Below, in pieces: positions 9,699 through 19,071 of a DNA stretch of 64,000 bases; within the stretch, counting starts at the first letter, position 1, and each line of letters begins with the position of its first letter. A model generated the notes under the pieces. It had not been told where the DNA came from, searched no databases, and worked only from the letters and a program-made list of their open reading frames with translations. This DNA is from Bacillota bacterium (GTDB taxonomy: Bacteria > Bacillota > Dethiobacteria > DTU022), in assembly GCA_019428945.1 (NCBI GenBank), contig JAHYJM010000005.1, forward strand, positions 1,562-65,561, read 5' to 3'. Both the position numbers and the translations under genes were made by a program.

Positions 9699-11465
9699 AT
9701 GCGGCGTGCAGCCGATTTTGTGACAACTAAGCCGGTAATACTCGGAAGGGAAGCCAACGTTGAAAAAGTTCTTGATATTTTACTTAAGGCTGAAGATGGT
9801 TTAATTTGTCTGGGCAAAAACGGGATAATCAACCAGGTTATAACCTGTGAATCGGCTTTAGGTTCCATTAAAAACGCTTCAGGCAGTCGGAAACTGACTG
9901 CTGCCGATCTGGCGTTGAAGAAATTGGAAACTACCGGTACTGATACGTTTTGGCCCAATTTTATCGATAAACTTAATAACAACGGGATTGTGGCTGTTTT
10001 TGATTCGAACAAAACTATAATTGGAGTAATAACAATTAACAGTATTCTGAAAGAGCTGGCGGGTAAGACATTGGAGCTGGAACGAGAAATTGATGCAATT
10101 ATTAATTTTACATCTGACGAGATATTTGTAGCCGATGGTGACGGCAGGGTGTTGAGGGCTAATTCTGTATTTGAAGATAATTTTGGCGTCAAACTCGATT
10201 CCGTAATCGGCAAAAATGTTAATGAACTTGAAAAGAAAAAGATCTTCACACCATCTGTTACCAGGTTGGTTATCGATAAAAAGAGCACTCAAACAGTAAT
10301 TCAGTCCCGCCGCGATGGAAGGAAACTTTTAGCTACAGGTACCCCGGCTTTTAATGAAGACGGGTCAGTGTTCAGGGTTATTGTAAATACAAGAGATATT
10401 ACAAAGCTGAACAACTTAAAACAGCAGCTTGAAGAAGCGGAGTTGTTAAAAAACCGTTACCAGCAGGAACTGATTGAACTGCGGCAGGGTTACCTGCACA
10501 GTGGTGAAATTGTGGCTTCGAGTCCGGTCATGCTGGATCTCCTGAAAGTCGCCACTAAAATAGCTGCAGTTGATTCCACAGTGCTGCTTACAGGTGAATC
10601 AGGGGTGGGTAAGGGAATGATAGCCCGCTACATTCATAACACCAGCCCCCGCGCCGACAAACCTTTTACAGTCGTTAATTGTGGAGCGATTCCGGAAAAT
10701 CTTCTTGAAAGCGAGCTTTTCGGTTATGCCGGAGGCGCTTTTACAGGCGCCCGGCGTGAAGGAAAAATTGGTAAGCTGGAACTTGCTAACGAAGGGACCC
10801 TGTTTCTGGATGAAATAACCGAGCTTCCACTTAATCTGCAGGTTAAACTGCTGCATGTAATCCAGGAAGGAATAATCAGCCGTATTGGCGGAACCCGTGA
10901 GATAAAACTCAACCTGCGCTTTATTGCCGCTACAAACCGCGATATTGCCGGCCTGGTGGAGGAAGGCAAATTTCGTGAAGACCTCTATTTCAGGCTTGAT
11001 GTAATACCCTTAATAGTACCTCCTCTTCGGGAGAGACATGAAGATATTAAAGCCCTGGCCGGGCAGTTTTTAAGCAGACTTAACAGACGTTATCAGAAAG
11101 ATAAGTATTTCAACTCTGAAGTATATAGTTTCCTTGAGGAATATAACTGGCCGGGAAATGTTCGTGAACTGGAAAACCTGGTTGAAAGAATGATGATTGT
11201 AGTAGACAGCAGTGAGATAGGAGCAATCCATCTACCCCGGCGACTGACGGGAATTGAACAGGCGGAGATTCCCAAAAAACCGGCCATAAAGCTTGAGCCC
11301 TTAAAAGAGGCAAAAGAGAGTCTTGAACGTAGGCTGCTTATCGAAGCTCTTCGTGTTTGCAGGACAACATATGAAATTGCAGAGATTCTTAAAATAGACC
11401 AGTCAACGGTAGTACGCAAATTGAAGAAGTATAACCTGGTTACCGGGGGGCACGAAATAGATTAA
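9699..11465 (+). CDS. Sigma-54-dependent transcriptional activator (bEBP) with N-terminal CBS-like and PAS sensor domains (RocR/AcoR-like)
   Basis: AAA+ sigma-54 interaction domain with GESGVGKGMIARYIHNTSPR, the GAFTGA-like GGAFTGA motif, and a C-terminal Fis-type HTH (TYEIAEILKIDQSTVVRKLKK). Confidence 0.9.
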   Translation: MRRAADFVTTKPVILGREANVEKVLDILLKAEDGLICLGKNGIINQVITCESALGSIKNASGSRKLTAADLALKKLETTGTDTFWPNFIDKLNNNGIVAVFDSNKTIIGVITINSILKELAGKTLELEREIDAIINFTSDEIFVADGDGRVLRANSVFEDNFGVKLDSVIGKNVNELEKKKIFTPSVTRLVIDKKSTQTVIQSRRDGRKLLATGTPAFNEDGSVFRVIVNTRDITKLNNLKQQLEEAELLKNRYQQELIELRQGYLHSGEIVASSPVMLDLLKVATKIAAVDSTVLLTGESGVGKGMIARYIHNTSPRADKPFTVVNCGAIPENLLESELFGYAGGAFTGARREGKIGKLELANEGTLFLDEITELPLNLQVKLLHVIQEGIISRIGGTREIKLNLRFIAATNRDIAGLVEEGKFREDLYFRLDVIPLIVPPLRERHEDIKALAGQFLSRLNRRYQKDKYFNSEVYSFLEEYNWPGNVRELENLVERMMIVVDSSEIGAIHLPRRLTGIEQAEIPKKPAIKLEPLKEAKESLERRLLIEALRVCRTTYEIAEILKIDQSTVVRKLKKYNLVTGGHEID

Positions 11466-11493
11466 TGAAAAGCAACTGAAAATCCAACGGTTT

Positions 11494-11530
11494 GATGTGT
11501 AAATGCATTAAAATGATGTGTAAATGCATT
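11494..11530. promoter_or_regulatory. Two direct copies of GATGTGTAAATGCATTA, 20 bp centre-to-centre; candidate upstream activating sequences for the sigma-54 activator
   Basis: Exact 17-nt repeat at 11494-11510 and 11514-11530. Each contains the palindrome AATGCATT. They lie ~120-150 bp upstream of the -24/-12 element. Confidence 0.45.
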
Positions 11531-11646
11531 AGAGCTGGTGATATTTTTCTCAAATAAAAAAGTACATAAATCAATTATCCTGGGATAAGGCCTTAATTAG
11601 AGGCCTTATTCTTACTTTAAAGTTATTGGAGCCAGAAAAACAAATA

Positions 11647-11662
11647 TGGCACCAATATTGCA
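11647..11662 (+). promoter_or_regulatory. Sigma-54 (-24/-12) promoter TGGCAC-N5-TTGCA
   Basis: Exact consensus tggcaccaatattgca. It sits ~45 nt upstream of the aminotransferase ATG, with RBS GAAAGGGG in between. Confidence 0.75.
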
Positions 11663-11707
11663 CTATAATATGTTAAGAAACTCACAAGCAGAAAGGGGTT
11701 TAACTTT

Positions 11708-13051
11708 ATGAACCAGAAACCAGTTGGACCGGACTACGGGCCGGGACCGAACTCGCAGGAACTGATGAAATTGCGCGACGAAAATGTAGCCCGCGGCATA
11801 TCATACGTGATGCCGGTATTTGTCAAAGAAGCCAAAGGAGCGATTATTACCGATGTAGACGGCCGGGAATATATTGACTTTGTCAGCGGCATCGGGGTTT
11901 CGAACTTCGGCAACAACTACCCGGCCGTAGTCGAAGCGATTAAGAACCAGGCTGACCAGTATTTACACACCTGCTTCATGGTGACCATGTATGAACCTTA
12001 CGTAAAACTGGCCGAGAAACTGAATAAGATTACGCCCGGGGAATTTCAGAAGAAAACCGCCTTTTTCAACAGCGGGGCCGAAGCGGTTGAAAATGCCGTC
12101 AAGCTCTCGCGCCGCTACACGAAAAAGACAGCGATGATTTCGCTGGAGTGCGCCTTTCACGGCCGTACCCTGATGACAATGACCCTTACCTCGAAAGTAA
12201 AACCCTATAAATACGGCTTTGGACCCTTTGCCACCGACGTATACAAGATTCCGTCGGCCTACTGTTACCGCTGCCGCTTCGGGATGACCTACCCGGCCTG
12301 CGACCTGCACTGCGCCAGGTACTTAGAGCAGTTCTTTGCTGTTGAATGCGCCGCAGACAACGTTGCCGCCGTTATCGCCGAACCGGTCCAGGGCGAAGGC
12401 GGCTTTATCGTTCCCCCTAAAGACTACTTTAAAGTGCTCCATGAAATATGCCGGAAAAACGATGTGCTTCTAATCTTAGATGAAATCCAATCCGGCTTCT
12501 ACCGCACCGGAGGCGCCTTTGCCAGTGAGCACTACGGCATCGCCCCTGATTTGATCACCATGGCCAAATCGCTGGCCGGCGGAGTGCCGATCAGCGCGCT
12601 GACCGGCAGGGCCGAAGTGATGGATGCCGCAGGGCCCGGAGAAATCGGCGGTACCTATGGCGGTAACCCGATCGGCTGTGCCGCCGGACTGGCCGTGATG
12701 GAAGCGATCGAGAAAGACGATATTGCCGGCCAGGCGAAAAAGACAGCGGAACTTACAGCGACCCGGTTAGATGAAATGGCGGAGAAATATTCACTTATCG
12801 GCGAACATCGCGGTTTGGGCGCCATGCGGGCGATTGAGCTGGTAAAAGACAAAGCCAGCAAAGAGCCGGCAGCCGACGCGGCTAAGGCGATCGTCAAACG
12901 CTGCCATGAACGCGGCCTGATCATTATCACCGCCGGGATCTTTGGCAACGTGATCCGCTTCCTGATGCCCGTTAATATTACGGAGGAACAGCTAAACCGG
13001 GGCCTTGATATCCTGGAAGATGCTATTGCTGAAGAGCAGGGAGGAAAGTAA
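11708..13051 (+). CDS. Class-III PLP-dependent aminotransferase (GabT / omega-amino-acid:2-oxoglutarate aminotransferase family)
   Basis: 447 aa. Family-typical motifs: FNSGAEAVENAVKL, ILDEIQSGFYRTG, and the PLP lysine region DLITMAKSLAGG. Confidence 0.85.
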   Translation: MNQKPVGPDYGPGPNSQELMKLRDENVARGISYVMPVFVKEAKGAIITDVDGREYIDFVSGIGVSNFGNNYPAVVEAIKNQADQYLHTCFMVTMYEPYVKLAEKLNKITPGEFQKKTAFFNSGAEAVENAVKLSRRYTKKTAMISLECAFHGRTLMTMTLTSKVKPYKYGFGPFATDVYKIPSAYCYRCRFGMTYPACDLHCARYLEQFFAVECAADNVAAVIAEPVQGEGGFIVPPKDYFKVLHEICRKNDVLLILDEIQSGFYRTGGAFASEHYGIAPDLITMAKSLAGGVPISALTGRAEVMDAAGPGEIGGTYGGNPIGCAAGLAVMEAIEKDDIAGQAKKTAELTATRLDEMAEKYSLIGEHRGLGAMRAIELVKDKASKEPAADAAKAIVKRCHERGLIIITAGIFGNVIRFLMPVNITEEQLNRGLDILEDAIAEEQGGK

Positions 13052-13054
13052 AAT

Positions 13055-14851
13055 TTGTATGGAGTTTACGGCAAGCTTTTAATCGTTGATCTCAGTAAGA
13101 TGGACATCATCGAAAAAGAGCTTGAGCAAGAAGTATTTTATGAATTCCTGGGAGGCAGGGGCCTGGGCGCTTACCTGCTGGCAAAAATGCTGGCACCGGG
13201 TGAGGATCCGCTCTCTCCGAACAACGTTATTGTTTTTGCTACTGGACCTGCCACTGATTCAGGCCTGGCTCCTGCCTCCGGTTATGGTATTTTTACAAAA
13301 TCACCGGTAACCGGTCTTTTTACAGAAGCCTATGCGAAGGGATACTTGCCGTCGTTAATTAAGAGGACGGGTTATGATGCAATTGTTATAACCGGCGCGG
13401 CTTCGCATCCGAGTTTCATTACTATTTCTGAACTGGGTGTTAATTTCTATGATGCTGTAGAAACATGGGGAATGGATACAGATACAGCTGAAGGATCTAT
13501 TCTTAATGTTGTTGGTGCAACTGATTCAGAAGTGCTGGTAATCGGGCCTGCCGGGGAAAATATGATTGCTTCTGCCTGCTTAAAAAGTAATCGCCACAGA
13601 AGTTTCGGACGAGCTGGATTAGGGGCTGTTTTCGGATCGAAAAATTTAAAAGGCGTCGTTTTTAGGGGTGGCGCTAAAGCTGAGCTTTATGAAAGTGAAG
13701 CTTTTACTGGCTGGAATGATCAGTTCATTAGACGTTGTAATAATGAGGAAGAAGCGAAGGCGATAAAATTTTTTAGTATACCTTCGCTTGTAACCGTTGC
13801 CAATACAAGAGGCTTTTTTACTTCCGGTTATTGGGCTGAAGGACGGCTTGAGGGATGGGAAAAAATTGTTGAATCTTACCGCTCGGGTAAAGTGAGTGCA
13901 AAGGGTTTGAGTTGTCATAGTTGTTTATTAAGCTGCGACCAAGAAACCTTTATAAACTATGATCATTGCGGAAGAGGAGTTAAAGGACTGGATTACAACT
14001 ACTTAAGCGCGATTGGCGGCCTTTGCCGCATTACCAGCCTGGAAGATATAGTCAGCCTTGTAGACCTCTGCGAACAGCTCGGTATTGACCCTGTCAGCGC
14101 CGGGAATATAGCATCATTTGCTATTGAAGCCGGGTTAAGAGGCAAATTGGATAACCCGCCTCTTTATGGCAACTCTGATCGAATTGCCTTATTTTTGGAA
14201 TCCGTTGCATATAGGAAAGGTGAAGGAGTCATCTTTGCCGATGGTATCAGGGAAGCCGCCGCCATGTTGGATATGCCTGACCTTGCAGTGCATTTCAGAG
14301 GGCTTGAACCTGCCGGCTTTGATCCCAGGGTTATTAAAATAGTCGCCCTGTCGCATTTAGTATCGGGGTTCGGAGAATCAAATCCGGAGAGTTTCTATCT
14401 CTCCGGCCTCGGTTATGGCCTTTTTGATACAGAAAAGAGGAATAACCCTGCCCGTATTTTTGTTGAATACGAAGATAAAATGAATATTATTGACAGTCTT
14501 GTCTTCTGCCGAAACGCCCATAAGCTTATTCAATGGGAAAATTTAATAGCAGTTGTATTCCTTCTTACCGGAAAGCGTTACAGCGCAGCCGGCCTTCGCG
14601 CTGTTTCGGCCCGAAATCTTTCAACAATCAGGCTCTTCAATCTGAGCGAAGTCACTACGGGTATGGGAGACAGCCTGCCCTCCAGATTTATAGAAGAGCC
14701 GATAAATAATGAAAAAGATTTGGTAAAAGTTGAAGAATTGGAGCTGATGCTTAAAGATTATTATTTACTCAGAGGTTGGAATGAGAAAGGTATACCCCCT
14801 GCGGGGAACAATAATCAACAATTATTAAGGAGGACAATACAATGTCTGTAG
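13055..14851 (+). CDS. aor: Aldehyde:ferredoxin oxidoreductase, tungsten-dependent AOR family
   Basis: 598 aa. AOR N-terminus MYGVYGKLLIVDLS and the [4Fe-4S] ligand motif CHSCLLSC. Tungstate transporter genes are in the same window. Confidence 0.85.
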   Translation: MYGVYGKLLIVDLSKMDIIEKELEQEVFYEFLGGRGLGAYLLAKMLAPGEDPLSPNNVIVFATGPATDSGLAPASGYGIFTKSPVTGLFTEAYAKGYLPSLIKRTGYDAIVITGAASHPSFITISELGVNFYDAVETWGMDTDTAEGSILNVVGATDSEVLVIGPAGENMIASACLKSNRHRSFGRAGLGAVFGSKNLKGVVFRGGAKAELYESEAFTGWNDQFIRRCNNEEEAKAIKFFSIPSLVTVANTRGFFTSGYWAEGRLEGWEKIVESYRSGKVSAKGLSCHSCLLSCDQETFINYDHCGRGVKGLDYNYLSAIGGLCRITSLEDIVSLVDLCEQLGIDPVSAGNIASFAIEAGLRGKLDNPPLYGNSDRIALFLESVAYRKGEGVIFADGIREAAAMLDMPDLAVHFRGLEPAGFDPRVIKIVALSHLVSGFGESNPESFYLSGLGYGLFDTEKRNNPARIFVEYEDKMNIIDSLVFCRNAHKLIQWENLIAVVFLLTGKRYSAAGLRAVSARNLSTIRLFNLSEVTTGMGDSLPSRFIEEPINNEKDLVKVEELELMLKDYYLLRGWNEKGIPPAGNNNQQLLRRTIQCL

Positions 14852-16134
14852 AAGTACAAAAAAGCAAAAAAGAAGATAATACTCTAACTGCTACTTTAAA
14901 TATGATTAAACAGTCAATTGAGCTGTCAGAGCTTTCAAATGATGTTTATGAACATCTCAAAACACCGATGAGGTTTGTTGAAGTCGCTGTCCCGGTTGAA
15001 ATGGATGACGGCAGCACCAAGGTTTTTACCGGTTACCGTTCTCAGCACAATAATGTTTTCGGGCCTTATAAAGGCGGTATTCGTTATCACCCTGCTGTGA
15101 CCACCGACAGCATAAAAGCCCTGTCAATGTGGATGACGCTGAAATGTTCACTGGTTGGTGTTCCGTTTGGCGGTGGCAAAGGAGCTATTGTCTGCGATCC
15201 TCTTACAATGTCAATGAAAGAGAAAGAAAGAATGACTCGTAGTTATGTCCGGGTTCTCGGCTCAATCCTGGGACCGGAAACTGATATTCCTGCTCCCGAT
15301 GTTGCTACAGACGGACAGGTTATGGCCTGGATTGCAGATGAATACAGCAACATAATGAGAGTGCCTTCTTTTGGGGTTGTTACCGGTAAACCTTTGGCTG
15401 TGGGCGGTTGTGTAGGCCGGACAGAGGCAACAGGCAAAGGTGTTTTCTTCGTGACCAGGGAAGCGGCAGCAGCAACTGGTATGGATTTGGAGAAAGCCCG
15501 TGTAGCCGTACAGGGTTTTGGAAATGTAGGCAGTAATGCCGCAATTCTCTTTGCTGAAGCAGGCAGCCCTGTTGTAGCTGTCAGTGATGTTAGCGGTGGC
15601 GTATATAACCCGAAGGGACTGGATATTCTTGCCCTGGTCAATCATGTTGAGAGAACCGGTTTTGTAAAAGGATTTCCCGGTGGAGACGAAATAACAAATG
15701 CAGACCTTCTGACGATTGACTGCGATGTGCTTATTCCGGCAGCTCTTGAAAATCAGTTGAAAGGTGATAATGCTGATCAGGTCAAAGCGAAAATAATTAT
15801 TGAGGGAGCCAATGGCCCGACTACTCCCGAAGCCGATCATATCCTTAAGGATAATAATATATTACTTGTTCCTGATATTCTCGCCAACAGCGGAGGGGTT
15901 ACCGTATCTTACTTCGAGTGGGTCCAGAACAACTATGGTTTCCGCTGGGATTTAGGCACAGTTAACCGCCGACTGGAAGAGAAAATGACTGAAGCATTCA
16001 AGCTGGTTTACAGCTTCTATTGCGAAAAGTGCATCGGTTCCGATATGCGTACAGGTGCGTACAGGTATTCAATTCAACGCCTGGCTGAAGCAATGCAGTT
16101 CCGTGGCTGGATTCGCAACGGTACGCACAGTTAA
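14842..16134 (+). CDS. gdhA: Glutamate dehydrogenase (Glu/Leu/Phe/Val dehydrogenase family)
   Basis: Catalytic-lysine region KGGIRYHP...GVPFGGGKG and the Rossmann motif GFGNVGS. Confidence 0.9.
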   Translation: MSVEVQKSKKEDNTLTATLNMIKQSIELSELSNDVYEHLKTPMRFVEVAVPVEMDDGSTKVFTGYRSQHNNVFGPYKGGIRYHPAVTTDSIKALSMWMTLKCSLVGVPFGGGKGAIVCDPLTMSMKEKERMTRSYVRVLGSILGPETDIPAPDVATDGQVMAWIADEYSNIMRVPSFGVVTGKPLAVGGCVGRTEATGKGVFFVTREAAAATGMDLEKARVAVQGFGNVGSNAAILFAEAGSPVVAVSDVSGGVYNPKGLDILALVNHVERTGFVKGFPGGDEITNADLLTIDCDVLIPAALENQLKGDNADQVKAKIIIEGANGPTTPEADHILKDNNILLVPDILANSGGVTVSYFEWVQNNYGFRWDLGTVNRRLEEKMTEAFKLVYSFYCEKCIGSDMRTGAYRYSIQRLAEAMQFRGWIRNGTHS

Positions 16135-16147
16135 AAATAGTCCAGTT

Positions 16148-16182
16148 AAAGGGACAGGTGAGCGCCTGTCCCTTTAATTAGG
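16148..16182 (+). terminator. Rho-independent terminator after gdh
   Basis: AAAGGGACAGG-TGAGCG-CCTGTCCCTTT is an 11-bp perfect stem, followed by AATTAGGTTT. Confidence 0.7.
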
Positions 16183-16301
16183 TTTAATGTAGTAATAAAA
16201 ACGAATATTTGTTATAATTCTATATGAATTTCGGTATCTTTCTGTCACTTCCTGTAGGCTGAAGTTTAGAATCATAAATAGTGGTTTTCAAATCTCTTTA
16301 A

Positions 16302-16580
16302 ATGAGAGGAGAAGATATATTGTCGCGGGTTGTAAATACTGAAATAACTGCTGACCTTCTAATTAACCAGGATTGGTGTAAGGGGTGCGGCATCTGTATT
16401 GCTTTCTGTCCAAGGGAAGCTCTTTTTTTAGATGAAAAGGGAAAAGCAGAAAAAAATAATGAGAAGTGTACCTGTTGTGGAATTTGCGAAACATTTTGCC
16501 CTGATTTTGCACTGACTGTAGTAAAGAGGAGGCTTTCAGCAGATGGCGGAGACAAAGCCGGTTTTAATGCAAGGCAATGA
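16302..16580 (+). CDS. korD: 2-oxoacid:ferredoxin oxidoreductase delta subunit (2x[4Fe-4S] ferredoxin)
   Basis: Two CxxCxxCxxxCP motifs (CKGCGICIAFCP, CTCCGICETFCP). The true start is probably TTG near 16320, after the RBS GAGAGGAGAAG. The 3' end overlaps korA. Confidence 0.75.
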   Translation: MRGEDILSRVVNTEITADLLINQDWCKGCGICIAFCPREALFLDEKGKAEKNNEKCTCCGICETFCPDFALTVVKRRLSADGGDKAGFNARQ

Positions 16581-17670
16581 AGCCTGTGCTGAAGGTGCGA
16601 TCAGCGCCGGTGTAAGATTTTATGCCGGCTATCCGATAACACCATCAACAGAAATAGCCGAGCACATGGCAGCAAGATTGCCTGATCTCGGCGGTGTTTT
16701 TATCCAGATGGAAGATGAAATAGCCAGTATGGCTGCCGTGATTGGCGCCTCTATCGGTGGAATGCGAACCCTGACTGCAACAAGTGGTCCGGGATTTTCT
16801 TTGAAACAGGAGAATCTCGGCTATGCAATCATGGCTGAAATTCCCTGTGTTGTTGTTAATGTTCAGCGTATGGGACCAAGCACCGGAGTCCCGACAGCGC
16901 CGGCCCAGGGAGATGTTATGCAGGCCCGCTGGGGCACTCATGGTGATCACCCTATTATCGTTTTTTCACCGGCCTCTGTCTATGAAACTTTTTATCTTAC
17001 CATTGCTGCTGTCAACCTCAGCCAGAAGTTAAGGCAGCCGGTTATTATGCTGCTCGATGAAGTTATAGGGCATATGCGCGAAAAAGTGATGATTCCGGAG
17101 GCCGGTAAACTATTGGTGGAAAAATCTAGTGATAATATTCCTGCCGATTGGAAGCCTTATGACGAGAAGGGGTTGACTCCCCTGGTACCCTTTGGTTTTG
17201 GCCATTATTATCATGTAACCGGACTTTTCCATGACCAGTATGGTTTTCCCACAGGTGATCCGACCCAGGTTGAAAGAGCCCTGGACAGAATTCATGGTAA
17301 GCTGGAAAAGTATCGTGATGAAATAGTTCTAACCAACTACATCGGTCACAAGGAGCCCCGTGTTGTGATTATAACTTATGGTTGTACGGTCAGATCAGCC
17401 CGTGCTGTGGTTAAAAAAGCTTACTGGCAGAACCGTTTGCCGGTGGGACTGCTCAGTTTGCAGACAATTTGGCCTTTCCCCGGGAAAGAAGTTGCTGCTA
17501 TAGCAAAACAGGCAGATGTGATTATTGTGCCTGAAATGAACATGGGACAAATAGTCGGTGAAGTAGAAAGGTACGCCTGCGGTAATGCCGAGGTTGTGCC
17601 CCTTAACCGGTATGACGGAGAAATGATGTCTCCCGATCAAATATCCGAACTGTTAGGAAGGTGGCTGTAA
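16543..17670 (+). CDS. korA: 2-oxoacid (2-oxoglutarate/pyruvate-type):ferredoxin oxidoreductase alpha subunit
   Basis: N-terminus LMQGNEACAEGAISAGVRFYAGYPITPSTEI is typical of KorA/PorA. Confidence 0.85.
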   Translation: MAETKPVLMQGNEACAEGAISAGVRFYAGYPITPSTEIAEHMAARLPDLGGVFIQMEDEIASMAAVIGASIGGMRTLTATSGPGFSLKQENLGYAIMAEIPCVVVNVQRMGPSTGVPTAPAQGDVMQARWGTHGDHPIIVFSPASVYETFYLTIAAVNLSQKLRQPVIMLLDEVIGHMREKVMIPEAGKLLVEKSSDNIPADWKPYDEKGLTPLVPFGFGHYYHVTGLFHDQYGFPTGDPTQVERALDRIHGKLEKYRDEIVLTNYIGHKEPRVVIITYGCTVRSARAVVKKAYWQNRLPVGLLSLQTIWPFPGKEVAAIAKQADVIIVPEMNMGQIVGEVERYACGNAEVVPLNRYDGEMMSPDQISELLGRWL

Positions 17671-18476
17671 TGGAACAGCTGACCCAGGATTATTTACGCA
17701 CAAAAAAATTGCCTCATATCTGGTGTCCCGGTTGTGGAAACGGGATAGTTACTGCTGCGCTTGTAAGGGCTATTGAGCGTACCGGCTATGACCAGAGCGA
17801 GGTAGTGATTGTATCAGGAATTGGCTGTTCATCCAGGGCGGCCGGTTATTTAAATTTCAACACACTGCATACAACTCATGGCAGAGCGCTTGCATTTGCA
17901 ACCGGTTTGAAAATGGCCAGACCTGAACTGAAGCTCTTTGTTATCATGGGTGACGGAGACTGCAGTGCCATAGGCGGTAATCACTTTATTCATGCTGCAA
18001 GAAGGAATATCGATCTTAATGCAGTAATAATCAATAACCATATTTACGGGATGACAGGGGGACAGCATTCACCCTTAACCCCGACGGGTATGAAGGCAAC
18101 CACCGCTCCCGGCGGCACACTTGAGAGAGCCTTTGACCTGCTTGAACTGGCAAGGGGAGCCGGAGCTACTTTTGGAGCCCGTGGTAACGCTGCCCAGCCG
18201 CGACAGCTGGAACAGCTCATACTAAGGGCTGCCAATCATAAAGGATTTTCAGTTCTTGAAGCGCTTTCTCCCTGTCCGATTGCTTACGGCAGGCGCAATA
18301 AACTTGGCGGGGCAGTTGAGATGCTTCGTGAAATGAAAGACAGCGCTGTTTCGATGGAGAAAGCTTCAGGTATGGAGCCGGAAGAGCTGGAAGGTAAGAC
18401 CTTAAGCGGCGTCATATTCTCAACCGAAGCCCCGGAATTTTCGGAAGAATATTACCGGTCAATCGGCAAGGCGTAA
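17661..18476 (+). CDS. korB: 2-oxoacid:ferredoxin oxidoreductase beta subunit (TPP-binding)
   Basis: WCPGCGNG and the TPP motif GDGDCSAIGGNH. Confidence 0.85.
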   Translation: MAVMEQLTQDYLRTKKLPHIWCPGCGNGIVTAALVRAIERTGYDQSEVVIVSGIGCSSRAAGYLNFNTLHTTHGRALAFATGLKMARPELKLFVIMGDGDCSAIGGNHFIHAARRNIDLNAVIINNHIYGMTGGQHSPLTPTGMKATTAPGGTLERAFDLLELARGAGATFGARGNAAQPRQLEQLILRAANHKGFSVLEALSPCPIAYGRRNKLGGAVEMLREMKDSAVSMEKASGMEPEELEGKTLSGVIFSTEAPEFSEEYYRSIGKA

Positions 18477-18492
18477 AGCGGGAGGTAATTAT

Positions 18493-19071
18493 TTGAGTAA
18501 CAGGCAGGAAATTTTATTAACCGGAGCAGGCGGGCAGGGACTTATTCTCGCTTCAATCGTCCTGGCTGAAGCTGCGGTTAACGACAATAAAAATGTTGTA
18601 CAAACCCAGTCTTACGGCCCTGAAGCCCGTGGCGGGGCCAGTATGGCCGGGGTAATAATTGATGTTGATACAATCGAATATCCGAAGGTCACCAAACCTT
18701 CTGTGCTGCTCTGTATGAACCAGGCTTCATTTAACAAATATATTCCCAAGGTTGAACCGGGTTGTACTATCATCGTTGATTCAACATTTGTCAGCGGCCC
18801 TTACCGCGAAGATTATAAAATAAATGCTCTGCCTATTACGCAGGCCGCAAGAGAACAGCTGGGGCGCGAGGTTGTTGCCAACATGCTTGCTCTGGGCGCT
18901 ATTAATGCCGCCACAGGCCTGGTTGATCGGGAAATTTTCAGAGAAAGCATTTTTAAGTTAGCGCCCAAGGGAAGTGGTGAGCTCAATCAAAAGGCTTTTG
19001 ACCTGGGTTACCGACTCTATAATGAGGGTATGGGGCAGAATCTCGGAATATCTTCTCAAACCCCTCAATAA
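18493..19071 (+). CDS. korG: 2-oxoacid:ferredoxin oxidoreductase gamma subunit
   Basis: 192 aa. ILLTGAGGQGLILAS is the gamma-subunit N-terminus. Confidence 0.85.
   Translation: MSNRQEILLTGAGGQGLILASIVLAEAAVNDNKNVVQTQSYGPEARGGASMAGVIIDVDTIEYPKVTKPSVLLCMNQASFNKYIPKVEPGCTIIVDSTFVSGPYREDYKINALPITQAAREQLGREVVANMLALGAINAATGLVDREIFRESIFKLAPKGSGELNQKAFDLGYRLYNEGMGQNLGISSQTPQ

Noticed and set aside
9680-10292. 202-aa and 137-aa minus-strand ORFs overlapping the 5' part of the sigma-54 activator gene
   Set aside because: They are antisense to a well-supported CDS, have low complexity, and lack an RBS.
11494-11530. Possible CRISPR-like direct repeats
   Set aside because: There are only two 17-nt copies with a 3-nt spacer and no cas genes. 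The position relative to the -24/-12 promoter fits an enhancer (UAS) site instead.
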